Assembly (NCBI GenBank): GCA_013180605.1 | Contig: QBUL01000189.1 | Coordinates: 2,483-66,482, forward strand | DNA length: 64,000 bases | Origin: Candidatus Methanophagaceae archaeon GoMg1 | GTDB taxonomy: Archaea; Halobacteriota; Syntropharchaeia; Alkanophagales; Methanospirareceae | Reading direction: 5' to 3' | Shown: one piece after another, positions 30,189 through 40,112 of the stretch | How the letters are laid out: each line of letters begins with the position of its first letter | Numbering within the stretch: position 1 is the stretch's first letter | The notes under the pieces: generated by a model | What the model saw: the letters and a program-made list of their open reading frames with translations, nothing else | Database searches by the model: none | Told to the model about the DNA's origin: nothing | Program-made: the position numbers and the translations under genes

Positions 30189-30232
30189 GTCAGGTGGTAA
30201 AAACGGATAAATAATTGGGAGAAGGACAGAAA

Positions 30233-30985
30233 ATGGGAAAAGTATATCTCGTGGGTGCAGGACCGGGAGACCCGGAACTGATAAGTTTGAAGGCGTATCG
30301 GCTTATACAAGAAGCAGACGTGGTATTAGTTGACAATTTGGTTTTAGGCGTGAAGAAGCTGATCCCTGAAGGTAAGAAAGTCATTGACATCGGAAAAACG
30401 GCAAAGGAGCACAAACTTTCGCAGGATGGGATAAACATGCTCATGGTTGACCTATCGGAACAATATGATAAGGTAGTGCGATTGAAAGGCGGAGATCCCT
30501 ACATTTTCGGTAGAGGTGGCGAAGAGGCGGTGTTTCTCAGGAAGCACGGTGTTGATTTTGACGTGGTGCCCGGGATAACATCGGCAGTTGCCGCACCTGC
30601 TTATTTCTACATTCCGCTTACATACCGCGGCATTTCTTCTGCCGTTACTGTAATCACGGGGCATGAGATGGACGAAAAAGAAGAAAGTGATAGTAATAGC
30701 ATCAACTGGGAAGCGATTGCGAATTTGAAGGGCACGCTCGTCATTCTGATGGGTGTGGGAAATCTTGCTAAAAATGTAGACAAACTTCTGAAACACGGAC
30801 TGCATGCCGAAACGCCTGTTGCTGCGATTGAAAAAGGATTTACCCCTGATGCGCGGGTTGTAGTTGGAACGCTGGGGAACATCGTGGATGTAGCAGCGAA
30901 AGAAAAGGTGAAGCCACCTGCGGTGATTGTGGTTGGAGAGGTGGTTAATGTGAGGGAGAAGTTGGTTCTACACCCTGAGAAGTGA
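30233..30985 (+). CDS. cobA: Uroporphyrinogen-III C-methyltransferase
   Basis: VYLVGAGPGDPEL, VVRLKGGDPYIFGRGGEE, VVPGITSA. Confidence 0.95.
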   Translation: MGKVYLVGAGPGDPELISLKAYRLIQEADVVLVDNLVLGVKKLIPEGKKVIDIGKTAKEHKLSQDGINMLMVDLSEQYDKVVRLKGGDPYIFGRGGEEAVFLRKHGVDFDVVPGITSAVAAPAYFYIPLTYRGISSAVTVITGHEMDEKEESDSNSINWEAIANLKGTLVILMGVGNLAKNVDKLLKHGLHAETPVAAIEKGFTPDARVVVGTLGNIVDVAAKEKVKPPAVIVVGEVVNVREKLVLHPEK

Positions 30986-31246
30986 AAAACCATATTGCTC
31001 GAAGTTCCTTCCGATCAAAAGAAAAGGCATTTTTTATCCACGAGGCGACACTATCTAAAAATCAAGTGATTTATCACCGCCGAGATCGCAGAGACCACAG
31101 AGTCTTAAGACTGTTTCAATCGTTGCTCAGATTTTCTGACACAGATTTACACTGATTTACGCGGACTTATATCTGTGTCTATAATTTATGTCTCTGCGTT
31201 CTCCGTGTGCTCTGCAGTGAAATTTAAGGATATATATAGCAATTTC

Positions 31247-32082
31247 GCAGATTAAGAATAGGGCGATTGCTCGCCCATTCTCATCTCAGAACGGTACGTG
31301 AAAGTTTCCCCTCATACCGCTCAAGCATTTCATAACCCTTTCTGTATCGGGCAGCAGTTTGGTTCCGTGGCATTTGGTCTTTTGATTTTAGTTTAACTGC
31401 TCTTGTAATTCTGGCTTGCAGCCTGTTAACATGTTTTTCAGCCTTTTTCCAGTCGATATCCATCCACCTGATTTTTGGTTGAATGTCTGTAAGTCTCTCG
31501 CCTATTGTAGGCGTAATTGAACTACTTACATTCACAGGTTTGCCTCCATGCATACAATGAAACACCTTTCGGTAAGTCAGCACCCTTTCGAGTTAGGGCA
31601 AATTTTGAACCCCTATACGCCTCATTACAAGATGTCATTCGCTTTTTACCGATTCCTCTACCCTATATGCCATCGTTTACCCTTACGAGGTCCCTACCCA
31701 GCGATTCCGGGAGCATATAGGGCTTACCAAGTTCTACATCGCAGATAACTATGAACGCCTTAGAAGCCATCTGTGAGCCGAGAACCGTTTGTCCATCCAC
31801 CATAACGTCCCAGTAGCCGTTATGGCCTGATTCCGCACCTTTTGGTCTAAGCGTATCAACCCAATTTCGCTTATTCTAATTTACGACTCCCACAATGGTT
31901 CGCATTACACTCTTCATAGCGTTCTTATCCTGGCAGTTGATCTGAGCTGGGTTCTCGGATTTTTCCACGTTGTCCTGCAAGCTTACCACGCAAGCGTTAC
32001 CCCCGGCGTGTTCCGCAGTAGGATTACCCCTGATGGATGGGGTAGCCACAAAGCAATCCGCGATGCAACTTCTTGTCAACAA
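31247..32082 (-). mobile_element. Group II intron with the RT ORF internally deleted (mini-intron)
   Basis: DV GAGCGGTATGAGGGGAAACTTTCACGTACCGTTC; DVI with a bulged A 7 nt from the 3' end; 5' end TTGTTGACAAGAAG; EBS1/EBS2 match the 5' exon. Confidence 0.9.
31281..31553 (-). pseudogene. Intron-encoded reverse transcriptase remnant (N-terminal RT0 segment only)
   Basis: WMDIDWKKAEKHVNRLQARITRAV fused directly to DV-overlapping sequence (ERYEGKLSRTVLR); no YADD. Confidence 0.85.
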
Positions 32083-32103
32083 ACTGGAAAATTAGATAGT
32101 GCC

Positions 32104-32235
32104 AGAAACTTTAGCTTACGACCTTACGACCGTGCTATTCTTTGGGGTTAGTTGTCCTCTGGCGGAACTGGGATACAACCCTGAGAGGATTCGCCGTCAC
32201 CAGGTAAATCTCGCAGTGCTGGTATCAAAGCATGA
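32104..32235 (+). pseudogene. IS1634-like transposase internal fragment
   Basis: LAYDLTTVLFFGVSCPLAELGYNPERIRRHQVNLAVLVSK, resembling the first catalytic Asp region. Confidence 0.65.
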
Positions 32236-32469
32236 TAAAAGTTCTTGGTCAGATAGACCATGCCATTGCTGAAGCACTAACAGCTTGACCATTAACACCT
32301 CATCGAGGTTTGGTCTGCCGCCTCGCTCGCTCCTGTTCTCATACATCTCCCCCACTATTCGACGAAAAGCTCCCCAGTCTATCACTGACCCGATCTCCAT
32401 TAGCCTGTCTCCGAGCTGTTTAACTCGCTCATACTCCTCATTAAGTGCAAAATCGATAATGGACTTCAT
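32236..32469 (-). pseudogene. IS5-family transposase N-terminal fragment
   Basis: GDRL......IDW..FR...GGRPN.DEVLMVKLLVLQQWHGLSD.EL, then abrupt truncation; a possible IS end lies near 32611-32632. Confidence 0.8.
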
Positions 32470-32820
32470 GTATATGTTTATACCGATAACAACATATAAC
32501 CTTTTACGCTTTTAGCGCTTTGAAGCTCAATTTGTGTATCTTTTTTCTCATGATTGGTTCCATCAGCTCCCGTTGGTTATATGATTCTTTAACTGTCTTC
32601 TTCAAGGAGTGGGGGTTTTTCAAAATTTTCTTAAGGTTAATATCGAGTTGGATGATATGTCTTTGAAAGAGGTAAAATCAATGGCATTCGTAATAAAAAA
32701 TGTTATATATGATCAAGCATAGTTAATAACATAGCAGTATACCCGAGTGTCCCACCTTCATTCCGAAGTCAACTGGAAAAATGCTTGTTATAGTACAAAT
32801 GGCAATCAAGACATTTTGAA

Positions 32821-34719
32821 TTATTTTCTCCTCCTCCTCATTCTTATGATGAAATAAGTTCCTGTCACCAAAGCCATTATCTCTAACATGCTCAGTGCTG
32901 GTATTGCCTTCGATGGCTTTATCAATAAAAATCCGTTTTCCACTTCAAAAGGGGCGTCATGATTGTTATCATCCTTTAGCCTTTTTACTTCTAACCCAAG
33001 CTCACTACTTTCATTTTCTTTTCCTATGGCTCTCAATTTTAGCTCTGCGAATTTTATATCTCCCTTTACTTTTGCACCTGGCGTGACAGGACTAATCGAT
33101 TCGATAAAATCTGTGTGCCCACCAGTTCCAGCACAAGGATAGGTATACGGTCTGCTAATCCTGATGTTCCCCGGTGGTTTAATTCTGCCTTTATGTGTTC
33201 CCATAATGCTTGGGTAAGTGACAGTACCAGTGCCAAAGCGAATTGGTTTTACACATGCTGCCCTGTCAGATAAAGTGCCAAAGTTAAAGTTTACATAATA
33301 GTCACCAAGGCCATGGTATATACCATTCAAATATGTGACAGCTTTTTCCCTGCTTAGCTCACTAATATTTAAATCTTGATATAACTTGTGCTGGGTCTTT
33401 ATAAAGCCATGTTCATAAATATGGTAAATATCATAAGCGATAGGATATTGTATTATGCTTGCGGTTTCAATATAGGCAACGCTGTCATTACAAGTAATGC
33501 TATTGAAATGTCCATGACCTGAAAGAACTGCTACAACATTTGGATAGTTATCTAATAAGTCCTTAAATTCTTTTCTATTATCGATGTATGGGCTCCAACT
33601 TGGAATGCTCGGAAGTTCAGGCAACTCATTAACTAAAAAGTGTAAGCATATTATGGTTGGCATTGCATTAAGTGCTTTTAAATCATCGTGTAACCATTTC
33701 ATAATATCTTTGGTAAGGATACCTTGGTTGGGGTTAGTATCGTTTGCACTATCTAATATTATAAAGTGCCATCCTAAGAAATCAAAGCTGTAAGTAGAGT
33801 TTTCATGAAATAATTCAGCCCATTTTGTTATCCATGAGCCCTCAAATTTGTCGTGATTGCCGATAACCGTATAGAAAGGTTTATCTAAGTGATTCAAATG
33901 TTCACTTACATTATCAAACTCATATGATTGACCATTATCAGTTAAGTCACCTAATAAGACAGTAAAGTTAACGTCTTCCGCATTGATCGCTGAGACCAGG
34001 TCTGCTAAAAGCTGGTTGCTATAATTATACATATGACCAACTTTACTTATACTATCAGAACTTGACCAATGAATATCAGTTGCAACTGCAAACGAAAAGA
34101 GGTAATTTCCAACCCCCAATGGAAGTGTTGTAAAGTTGTTTGTTTCGTTAAAAGAGCAGTTAATTCTATAATAATAGGTTTTTTCTTCATCTAGTCCTTT
34201 TATCTTAACCCAATGGAATTTTGTTGATAGATCCGGTGCAGGAAGAATGTTATTCAAGTCAGAAGAAGAGAGACCATAGTCAAAGAAGCAACGTGATTCT
34301 GTTGATGTAACCCAGCTCATATCAAAACTATTCGAACCAACCGAAACAACTTCGTCTCTAGTATAATTGCGTTCTTCTAAACTGCTAACGGATCCACTCA
34401 AATAGCCATCAATAATAGTACTATTTCTGTATTCTCCCATAAGTATAAGCTCAAAGTACGTTCCATTATAAACAAAAATCGTATCTCCAACGCTTGCATT
34501 ATCTACAGTCGCCGGAATCGTTGAATAATCGTCAGGAACATAAATAGCGGTTGAAGACAAAGAGACATTTGAACCAGATATCTTGTTTGTTGGATTTGAA
34601 GTGACAACGCTACCACTTGCAACTATCACCAAGGCGATTGAGATTGCCAATATCTTCATCGTGTTTTTGCTTTCTATTTTGAACCACCACCTATAGTTTG
34701 AATTTGGCACGCCGGTCAT
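32821..34719 (-). CDS. Secreted mosaic metallophosphoesterase (purple-acid-phosphatase-like N domain) with C-terminal anchor
   Basis: DIH, GDLTD, GNHD, HF and GHGH motifs; signal peptide; IPAL-TM-RRRRK tail. Confidence 0.85.
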   Translation of the reverse strand: MTGVPNSNYRWWFKIESKNTMKILAISIALVIVASGSVVTSNPTNKISGSNVSLSSTAIYVPDDYSTIPATVDNASVGDTIFVYNGTYFELILMGEYRNSTIIDGYLSGSVSSLEERNYTRDEVVSVGSNSFDMSWVTSTESRCFFDYGLSSSDLNNILPAPDLSTKFHWVKIKGLDEEKTYYYRINCSFNETNNFTTLPLGVGNYLFSFAVATDIHWSSSDSISKVGHMYNYSNQLLADLVSAINAEDVNFTVLLGDLTDNGQSYEFDNVSEHLNHLDKPFYTVIGNHDKFEGSWITKWAELFHENSTYSFDFLGWHFIILDSANDTNPNQGILTKDIMKWLHDDLKALNAMPTIICLHFLVNELPELPSIPSWSPYIDNRKEFKDLLDNYPNVVAVLSGHGHFNSITCNDSVAYIETASIIQYPIAYDIYHIYEHGFIKTQHKLYQDLNISELSREKAVTYLNGIYHGLGDYYVNFNFGTLSDRAACVKPIRFGTGTVTYPSIMGTHKGRIKPPGNIRISRPYTYPCAGTGGHTDFIESISPVTPGAKVKGDIKFAELKLRAIGKENESSELGLEVKRLKDDNNHDAPFEVENGFLLIKPSKAIPALSMLEIMALVTGTYFIIRMRRRRK

Positions 34720-34877
34720 AGTTAGATTAATTAAGCTTATATTTAAATCCTCTGTATCATGTGGGCATACTTCTTAAAATGTTCATTGAAAAGTTTATCA
34801 TTCGATCACCGAAAAGCTTTTATATGCATAAACCTTTCAAATATATGCGACTTTCAGTCGTTGTAAAATTTTAGGAG

Positions 34878-36035
34878 GTGAAAAAGAAAAAGATGAAAAA
34901 ACAACTTGCAATAGTGGTGGTAGCAATTTTAGTGTTGTCTGGTATACCCATGGTGTCAGCAAACCAAGCAGCTGCAATCAATGAGCAAAACGAAATTAGT
35001 AAGATGCTTAAAATTGCCAGTCAGGCTGAATACATAAGGTCTATGACAGAATGTGACATGCCGTCTTCGTTCAGCTTGATTGAAAGAGAAGGCGTTAAAA
35101 AGGTTGATAAAGAAAAAATAGGCATCACACAAATACCTGTGCAGCCCTCAGCTCAAAACATAAGCTTTGCTTTCCCGGCAGGCGACTTAAATGGTGACTC
35201 TGCGGATGATGTGTTGCTACATGTTTATAAGTACAATCCAGCTACGGAGTTAAGCACATGCGGGATTATTGCACTAAATGGAAATAATGGTACAGAACTC
35301 TGGAATCAGACATTTAACAATGCGTTGGCAGTTGCATATCCCGCTGGGGACTTAAATGGAGATGGAACGAATGACATCATAATAGACGTTGTAATGGGAA
35401 TAGGATTATACCCATATAGTAAAATAATCGCAGTAGATGGAAACAATGGAGCAGAAATTTGGAGCAACACAGAACCTTTTGCAGTAACTCTTGCATTTCC
35501 CAGTGGCGATCTTACTGGAGATAACATCACTGAATTGATGGTTCATGTATATAGCCTAGACATGATAAACGAAACAATCATAACCACAATAAGCCCTGTG
35601 GATGGAAGCAATGGGGAAGAGCTCGGGAGCAGGAGGTTTGACAACGCCATTGCAATCGCTTATCCTGTTGACGATTTAACCAGCGATGGCATGGATGACA
35701 GTATTGTAGGCGTTTATAGAATTGAAATAGCAGAAATTGAAACAGAAGAAGCTCCAGTTCCTATTTCTAGTGAAATCGTTGCCATAGATGGAAGCGATGG
35801 CTCAAATCTTTGGAATAAAACCTTCAACAATTCACTAGCAATCGCCTATCCTGCAGGGGATTTAACAGGTGATGGCGCCATCGATTTGCTAATAGGAAAT
35901 TACATATTTGAATCCGAAAACGAGACTACAATTATTAGCGAGATAATGGCAATAAGAGGCTATGACGGCATGGTTCTGTGGATAAGAGACAGTGATGGCA
36001 TAGTACCGTGTGGAGTGAGTAAATTGTTAGCTTAG
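34878..36035 (+). CDS. Secreted FG-GAP/VCBS-like repeat protein
   Basis: Signal peptide; five [AS]GDL[NT]GDGxxD-like repeats alternating with [DN]G..G.E.W. Confidence 0.8.
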   Translation: MKKKKMKKQLAIVVVAILVLSGIPMVSANQAAAINEQNEISKMLKIASQAEYIRSMTECDMPSSFSLIEREGVKKVDKEKIGITQIPVQPSAQNISFAFPAGDLNGDSADDVLLHVYKYNPATELSTCGIIALNGNNGTELWNQTFNNALAVAYPAGDLNGDGTNDIIIDVVMGIGLYPYSKIIAVDGNNGAEIWSNTEPFAVTLAFPSGDLTGDNITELMVHVYSLDMINETIITTISPVDGSNGEELGSRRFDNAIAIAYPVDDLTSDGMDDSIVGVYRIEIAEIETEEAPVPISSEIVAIDGSDGSNLWNKTFNNSLAIAYPAGDLTGDGAIDLLIGNYIFESENETTIISEIMAIRGYDGMVLWIRDSDGIVPCGVSKLLA

Positions 36036-36074
36036 CACGAGTAAGGAAGAACTGGCTGGAAAACGTTAAAAAAT

Positions 36075-36110
36075 TAGCCGCTTAATGCGGCTTTATTTTT
36101 TATTTCTTTT
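36075..36110 (+). terminator. Hairpin plus T-tract between convergent genes
   Basis: AGCCGC-TTAAT-GCGGCT followed by TTATTTTTTATTTCTTT. Confidence 0.55.
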
Positions 36111-36134
36111 ATTCTCTCGTCACTCCGTTTTTTT

Positions 36135-37175
36135 TCACGCTTTCCTTCTGTGCCTAAGCACCAAATACGCAACTGCAAGGAGTCCAGCAATAGCAAAAAC
36201 GGCTTCAAATCCTGGTGTTGGAGTTGGCTGAGGTGACACTGTTGGAGTTGGCGTGGGAGATGGAGTTGATGGTGGACCCGGCGAAGGCGCTACAATCACA
36301 CTTGGCGTTATTGTTGATAGAGGCGTGGGCATAGGGGAGAGGGTTGGTGTGGGGGTTATAACGGGCGTAGGAGTTGGCGCTGGCGTGGTGTCTGGTGCTC
36401 CACTTCCATCCTTTCCCCCGCCATCTCTACCATCAGATGACGGTGTTGATGTAGGAGAAGGCATTGGACTCGGAGAAGGTGAAGAGGTTGGAATTGGTGT
36501 GGGTTCAGTAAGAACAATTTTAACTGTCCTTTCTATTCCTCCAGCAGTAATCAAAAATTCACCAAGAGGGACACCCCCTGTATTTATGTCAAGTTCAAAA
36601 TCACCATTTGAATCAGCATTGACTTTAATCGACATGCCAGTTGTCAGGATTACAGAAGTTGCCTCATCTGCTACCGCACCGTATACCTTAACATTTCTCT
36701 TGCCCTCGATATCGATTGTATCCCCTAAAATTGATAACGGAAGCGAAATAGAAAGTGTAGCAATACCATTCGTTGCTTTTTTGGGTCCTTCTAGGGGGTA
36801 TTTAAATGTCCCAAAGCCAAGAATTGGTATCGGGCCTAATGAAACTCGAATATCTTTTATATTCTCAGCAGTTACAGAAAATCTTTTTTCACCAGCAGGG
36901 AAGTGAATGTCATTGAATTCACGAGCATATTTAGCATCTGATACAGGTAAAGAAATCACAAATGATGATTTTAACCATACCTCTTCGTTTGGCGATGCCT
37001 TCCCTGATATTGATAACGTCTCACCTTGTACAACTATTTGAGGGTTTACATTCAGTCCAGTTACGCTTGCGCCAGAAATTGTTACAGAAGCTATACCAAT
37101 AAACGCACAGAGTAACAACAGACCAATGCAAGATGCTACTTTAATATGTTTCATGTTCATCTCCATCTCAATCAC
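36135..37175 (-). CDS. PGF-CTERM surface glycoprotein with Pro/Thr linker
   Basis: Signal peptide, PT-rich linker, TPGFEAVFAIAGLLAVAYLVLRHRRK. Confidence 0.9.
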   Translation of the reverse strand: MIEMEMNMKHIKVASCIGLLLLCAFIGIASVTISGASVTGLNVNPQIVVQGETLSISGKASPNEEVWLKSSFVISLPVSDAKYAREFNDIHFPAGEKRFSVTAENIKDIRVSLGPIPILGFGTFKYPLEGPKKATNGIATLSISLPLSILGDTIDIEGKRNVKVYGAVADEATSVILTTGMSIKVNADSNGDFELDINTGGVPLGEFLITAGGIERTVKIVLTEPTPIPTSSPSPSPMPSPTSTPSSDGRDGGGKDGSGAPDTTPAPTPTPVITPTPTLSPMPTPLSTITPSVIVAPSPGPPSTPSPTPTPTVSPQPTPTPGFEAVFAIAGLLAVAYLVLRHRRKA

Positions 37176-37202
37176 TCCTAATCAATTTGTCATTATAGCT
37201 TA

Positions 37203-38348
37203 TTAATATAATATTTTAATAGCTGGAATCCAATCATAATATACCTTTCCATTTGCAGCCTCGAATTGTGTGCATGTGATTGTTCCCCCGGTCACATTTG
37301 CCGTGCGTTCATGTATGATTTGTGGATAAGAGCCTGTGTGAATGGTGTAGTTGTATGTTTCCCCTGCATCGAGCGTAATTTCATCAAAAGTTATATTATG
37401 CCAATCTCCTCTATATCCAGTACAATTTGCTTCTACAATAACTCGGGTATCATTCCAGATTTTTACTCGTTCTGTGTGCCCACCTGTACCTGGACATGGA
37501 TACGTATATAGTTTGGATACCGTAATTGTTTGATTTGGCTTTATTGTCCCGTGGTGTGTTCCACAGATACTGGGATAAGGATTTTCTGGCGACCCTGTAT
37601 CGAATACTGGCGTTGGTATAGGTGGAGTTGGTGTAGGAGAAGGCGTTGGACTTGGAGAAGGTGGGGTGGTTGGAGTTGGTGTGGGTTCAGTAAGGACAAT
37701 GCTAACTGTCTTTTCTATTTCACCCGCGGTTATAAAAAATTCACCCGTCGGGACCCCCTCGGTAGTAATATTGAGAGAAAAATCACCGTTTGAATCGGCG
37801 GTGACTTTGATTGACATATTAACATTCAGGGTTACAAAATTTGCATCCTCTGCTACATCTCCATATATCTTAACGTTTTTTCTGTCATTGATATTAATAA
37901 TTATATTCTCCCAGGTTATCGGAAACGAAATAGAAATAGTGGCGGTGCCATTAGTTGCTTTCTTAGGTCCTTCCAGAGGATATTTAATGGTCTGTCGGAA
38001 TACCGGACTTAATACTATTCGAATATTTTTTATATTCTCAGCGGTTACAGAGAATGCTTTCTCACCAGCAGGGAAGTAAATACCATTGAATTCACGAGAA
38101 TATTTAGCATCAGAAACAGGTAAAGAAATCACCGATGATGAACTTATCCATATCTCTTCGTTTGGCGATGCCTTTCCATATATTGATAACGTCTCACCTT
38201 GCACAACTACTTCTGGGTTTACATTCAGTTCAGTTACATCTGCACCTGTGATAGTGATAGTTATGAAAAATGCAAATGTGAACATCAACGCTAAAGCAAA
38301 TATGGTAAAAATCCCATTTTTTTTCTTCATCTCTATTCTTTTCTTCAT
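37203..38348 (-). CDS. Secreted protein, N-terminal paralog of the PGF-CTERM protein, with a different C-terminal domain
   Basis: Shares LNVNP.VVVQGETLSI.GKASPNEE.W...ADSNGDF; ends in an FDTG..PYPSI.GTH...WIPAIK domain. Confidence 0.85.
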   Translation of the reverse strand: MKKRIEMKKKNGIFTIFALALMFTFAFFITITITGADVTELNVNPEVVVQGETLSIYGKASPNEEIWISSSSVISLPVSDAKYSREFNGIYFPAGEKAFSVTAENIKNIRIVLSPVFRQTIKYPLEGPKKATNGTATISISFPITWENIIININDRKNVKIYGDVAEDANFVTLNVNMSIKVTADSNGDFSLNITTEGVPTGEFFITAGEIEKTVSIVLTEPTPTPTTPPSPSPTPSPTPTPPIPTPVFDTGSPENPYPSICGTHHGTIKPNQTITVSKLYTYPCPGTGGHTERVKIWNDTRVIVEANCTGYRGDWHNITFDEITLDAGETYNYTIHTGSYPQIIHERTANVTGGTITCTQFEAANGKVYYDWIPAIKILY

Positions 38349-38414
38349 CTTCGTTCTTATTATTACTTGTGGAGAAGTTTGTAGGAGTGAACTTCAGAAT
38401 TATGTATGATTTTT

Positions 38415-38451
38415 ATAAAAATAAAAAGGTCCCTATAGATAGCCTATAGGG
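38415..38451 (-). terminator. Hairpin plus T-tract terminator
   Basis: CCCTATAG-N5-CTATAGGG followed on the minus strand by TTTTTATTTTT. Confidence 0.55.
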
Positions 38452-38480
38452 CGCTATCCTTTTCTTTTTTCTTTATGGGT

Positions 38481-39434
38481 CTAGGTTGGTGGTAATTTTT
38501 TTAACGACTGTTCTGCAAGCTCATATGGAATCGTTGTTATTGGGAAGCCCCATCGCTCGAGATCCACACCCGTCACATATCCCCCCCTATCTAAGTATAC
38601 CGCAATCGAATACTTCGTCTCCGTCTGCCCATACAGTATCTCATTGGTCCATTTGGCTGCCCATTCCTCATCCACAAATGTAAACTTATAGCGGATTTTA
38701 CTGACGTCGATCGGCTCAGTTATCATTTGCTGGTATTCTTCTGCACTTACTCCTGTTAACTGTACTTTTTCAGGCACTCCATCCGCAGTAAACACATAAT
38801 CCGCCGCAACTGCTGGATTCTGCACAAATTTCCCAATACTAACACTGACGTTCGTTAGCACTATTGAAGCTGGTAATGACAAGACCAAACTTCCATCCAC
38901 TGAAACCGTTGGTAACGTCAGCGTTGCCTCCGAAGGGCCACCAAAAGGCGACATAATCGACGTTATTCCACCTGGACTATAATCTATGTTTTGTGTAGTA
39001 GTCGCTATATCTCCCCCAATGTTAGTAGATACATTCACCTTCTTTGACGGATTTGCATTGTTTGCTGTAAAGATGGCATACCCGTAATATCCGCTGCTGT
39101 CCCAAAGATCAACCCTTGCTATTTCTTCACCGCCAGTAGTAGGCGCCACTGCACCAAATCCCGCTGGTATAGTTATTGTTAGCGAGATAAATCCAGTTGT
39201 ATTCACTACTACGCTGTATGCATCTACCGCACCTGCCCAACCTGTATCTGGCGTTATCGTAAAAGAAGTAACGTTCGCCGCGGCAACTGATATAAACGCA
39301 GTCATCACCAAGCTCACCAGCATCGCTGTCAACACGACAGTCGGCAATTTTTTACTCTTCTTTCGCGCTTCCCCCTTTCCGCTTTCTTTTTTCATCCTTT
39401 TCATCATCTTTTTTTCACCTCCTATAAATACCAC
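38481..39434 (-). CDS. Secreted beta-rich hypothetical protein
   Basis: Basic N-region, signal peptide (SVAAA), Thr/Val/Gly-rich body. Confidence 0.7.
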   Translation of the reverse strand: MVFIGGEKKMMKRMKKESGKGEARKKSKKLPTVVLTAMLVSLVMTAFISVAAANVTSFTITPDTGWAGAVDAYSVVVNTTGFISLTITIPAGFGAVAPTTGGEEIARVDLWDSSGYYGYAIFTANNANPSKKVNVSTNIGGDIATTTQNIDYSPGGITSIMSPFGGPSEATLTLPTVSVDGSLVLSLPASIVLTNVSVSIGKFVQNPAVAADYVFTADGVPEKVQLTGVSAEEYQQMITEPIDVSKIRYKFTFVDEEWAAKWTNEILYGQTETKYSIAVYLDRGGYVTGVDLERWGFPITTIPYELAEQSLKKLPPT

Positions 39435-39521
39435 ATGTTGATGTCCTATATAAGCTTTTCGGTGTAAATGAGCTCACTCTTTTTAAGAAGATTTCTCCCT
39501 TCTCCCTTCGGAAATCGCAAA

Positions 39522-40112
39522 TCAATGCGCAAATTCCTGCCTTTCAACTCTCTTCCAGAAAAATACCAGCGCAGTAAGGGTGCTAACAGCGGCGATGAAA
39601 ACCACCTGCGTTGCGGCACCACCTTCCAAATTCAGCATTCCTCCTCCAAGAAGAAGCGCTATGACAAGCAAAGAAAAACTGAGAAGTGCAGCAAAAATGC
39701 CTCTCCTTGCGTTATCCCTTGAAAACTCATAAAAGAGGGTAATCAATACCGCGCAAACAAATACTTCCCTTACAAACCAACCAATAACAAAAGCGCTAAT
39801 GATAAAGATAAAGGGTATTTTTATTTTAGCGAAACTTGTTTTTTCTTCCCTTAACCTTAATCCTGAATCGAGTAATAATAACGATGGCGTTATGACGCTC
39901 AGCACCGTAATTAAATCCAATTCATACAAGTTCGCTACCTTAAATTCGTAACCAATAGCCAGAGCATAAACAAAGAACACCAAGAGAAATATATCCTTCT
40001 TATTCTTAAATTTTGATACGTAAATTAGTGGGAGCAACAGCAAAGGCATTTTCAATCCCGCTATCAGTCCTCCTATTGCCGCAGCAATCACTGCTATTAT
40101 CATCGCTATCAT
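39522..40112 (-). CDS. Membrane protein of the MoxR operon
   Basis: About six TM segments; overlaps the DUF58 gene. Confidence 0.75.
   Translation of the reverse strand: MIAMIIAVIAAAIGGLIAGLKMPLLLLPLIYVSKFKNKKDIFLLVFFVYALAIGYEFKVANLYELDLITVLSVITPSLLLLDSGLRLREEKTSFAKIKIPFIFIISAFVIGWFVREVFVCAVLITLFYEFSRDNARRGIFAALLSFSLLVIALLLGGGMLNLEGGAATQVVFIAAVSTLTALVFFWKRVERQEFAH

Larger units (their letters stand above)
31047..32103. mobile_element. Second copy of the 30021-30188 MITE, interrupted by a family A hairpin (31138-31186) and a group II intron
   Basis: 31047-31246 aligns with 30021-30167 and 32083-32103 aligns with 30168-30188; TIR G(A/G)CACTATCTAA; no TSD visible. Confidence 0.8.

Noticed and set aside
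31281-31583. DGR or retron reverse transcriptase
   Set aside because: Only a group II RT0 segment is present, embedded in DV/DVI structure; no TR/VR pair was seen
32205-32216. Alternative intron 5' end at CTGCGAGATTT
   Set aside because: EBS/IBS pairing and the empty MITE allele both place the 5' end at 32082, and this stretch translates as a transposase fragment on the + strand
36253-36906. Gly/Val-rich 217-aa + strand ORF, and similar antisense ORFs such as 5406-6083, 58006-58632 and 62401-63069
   Set aside because: These are shadows of well-supported genes on the opposite strand
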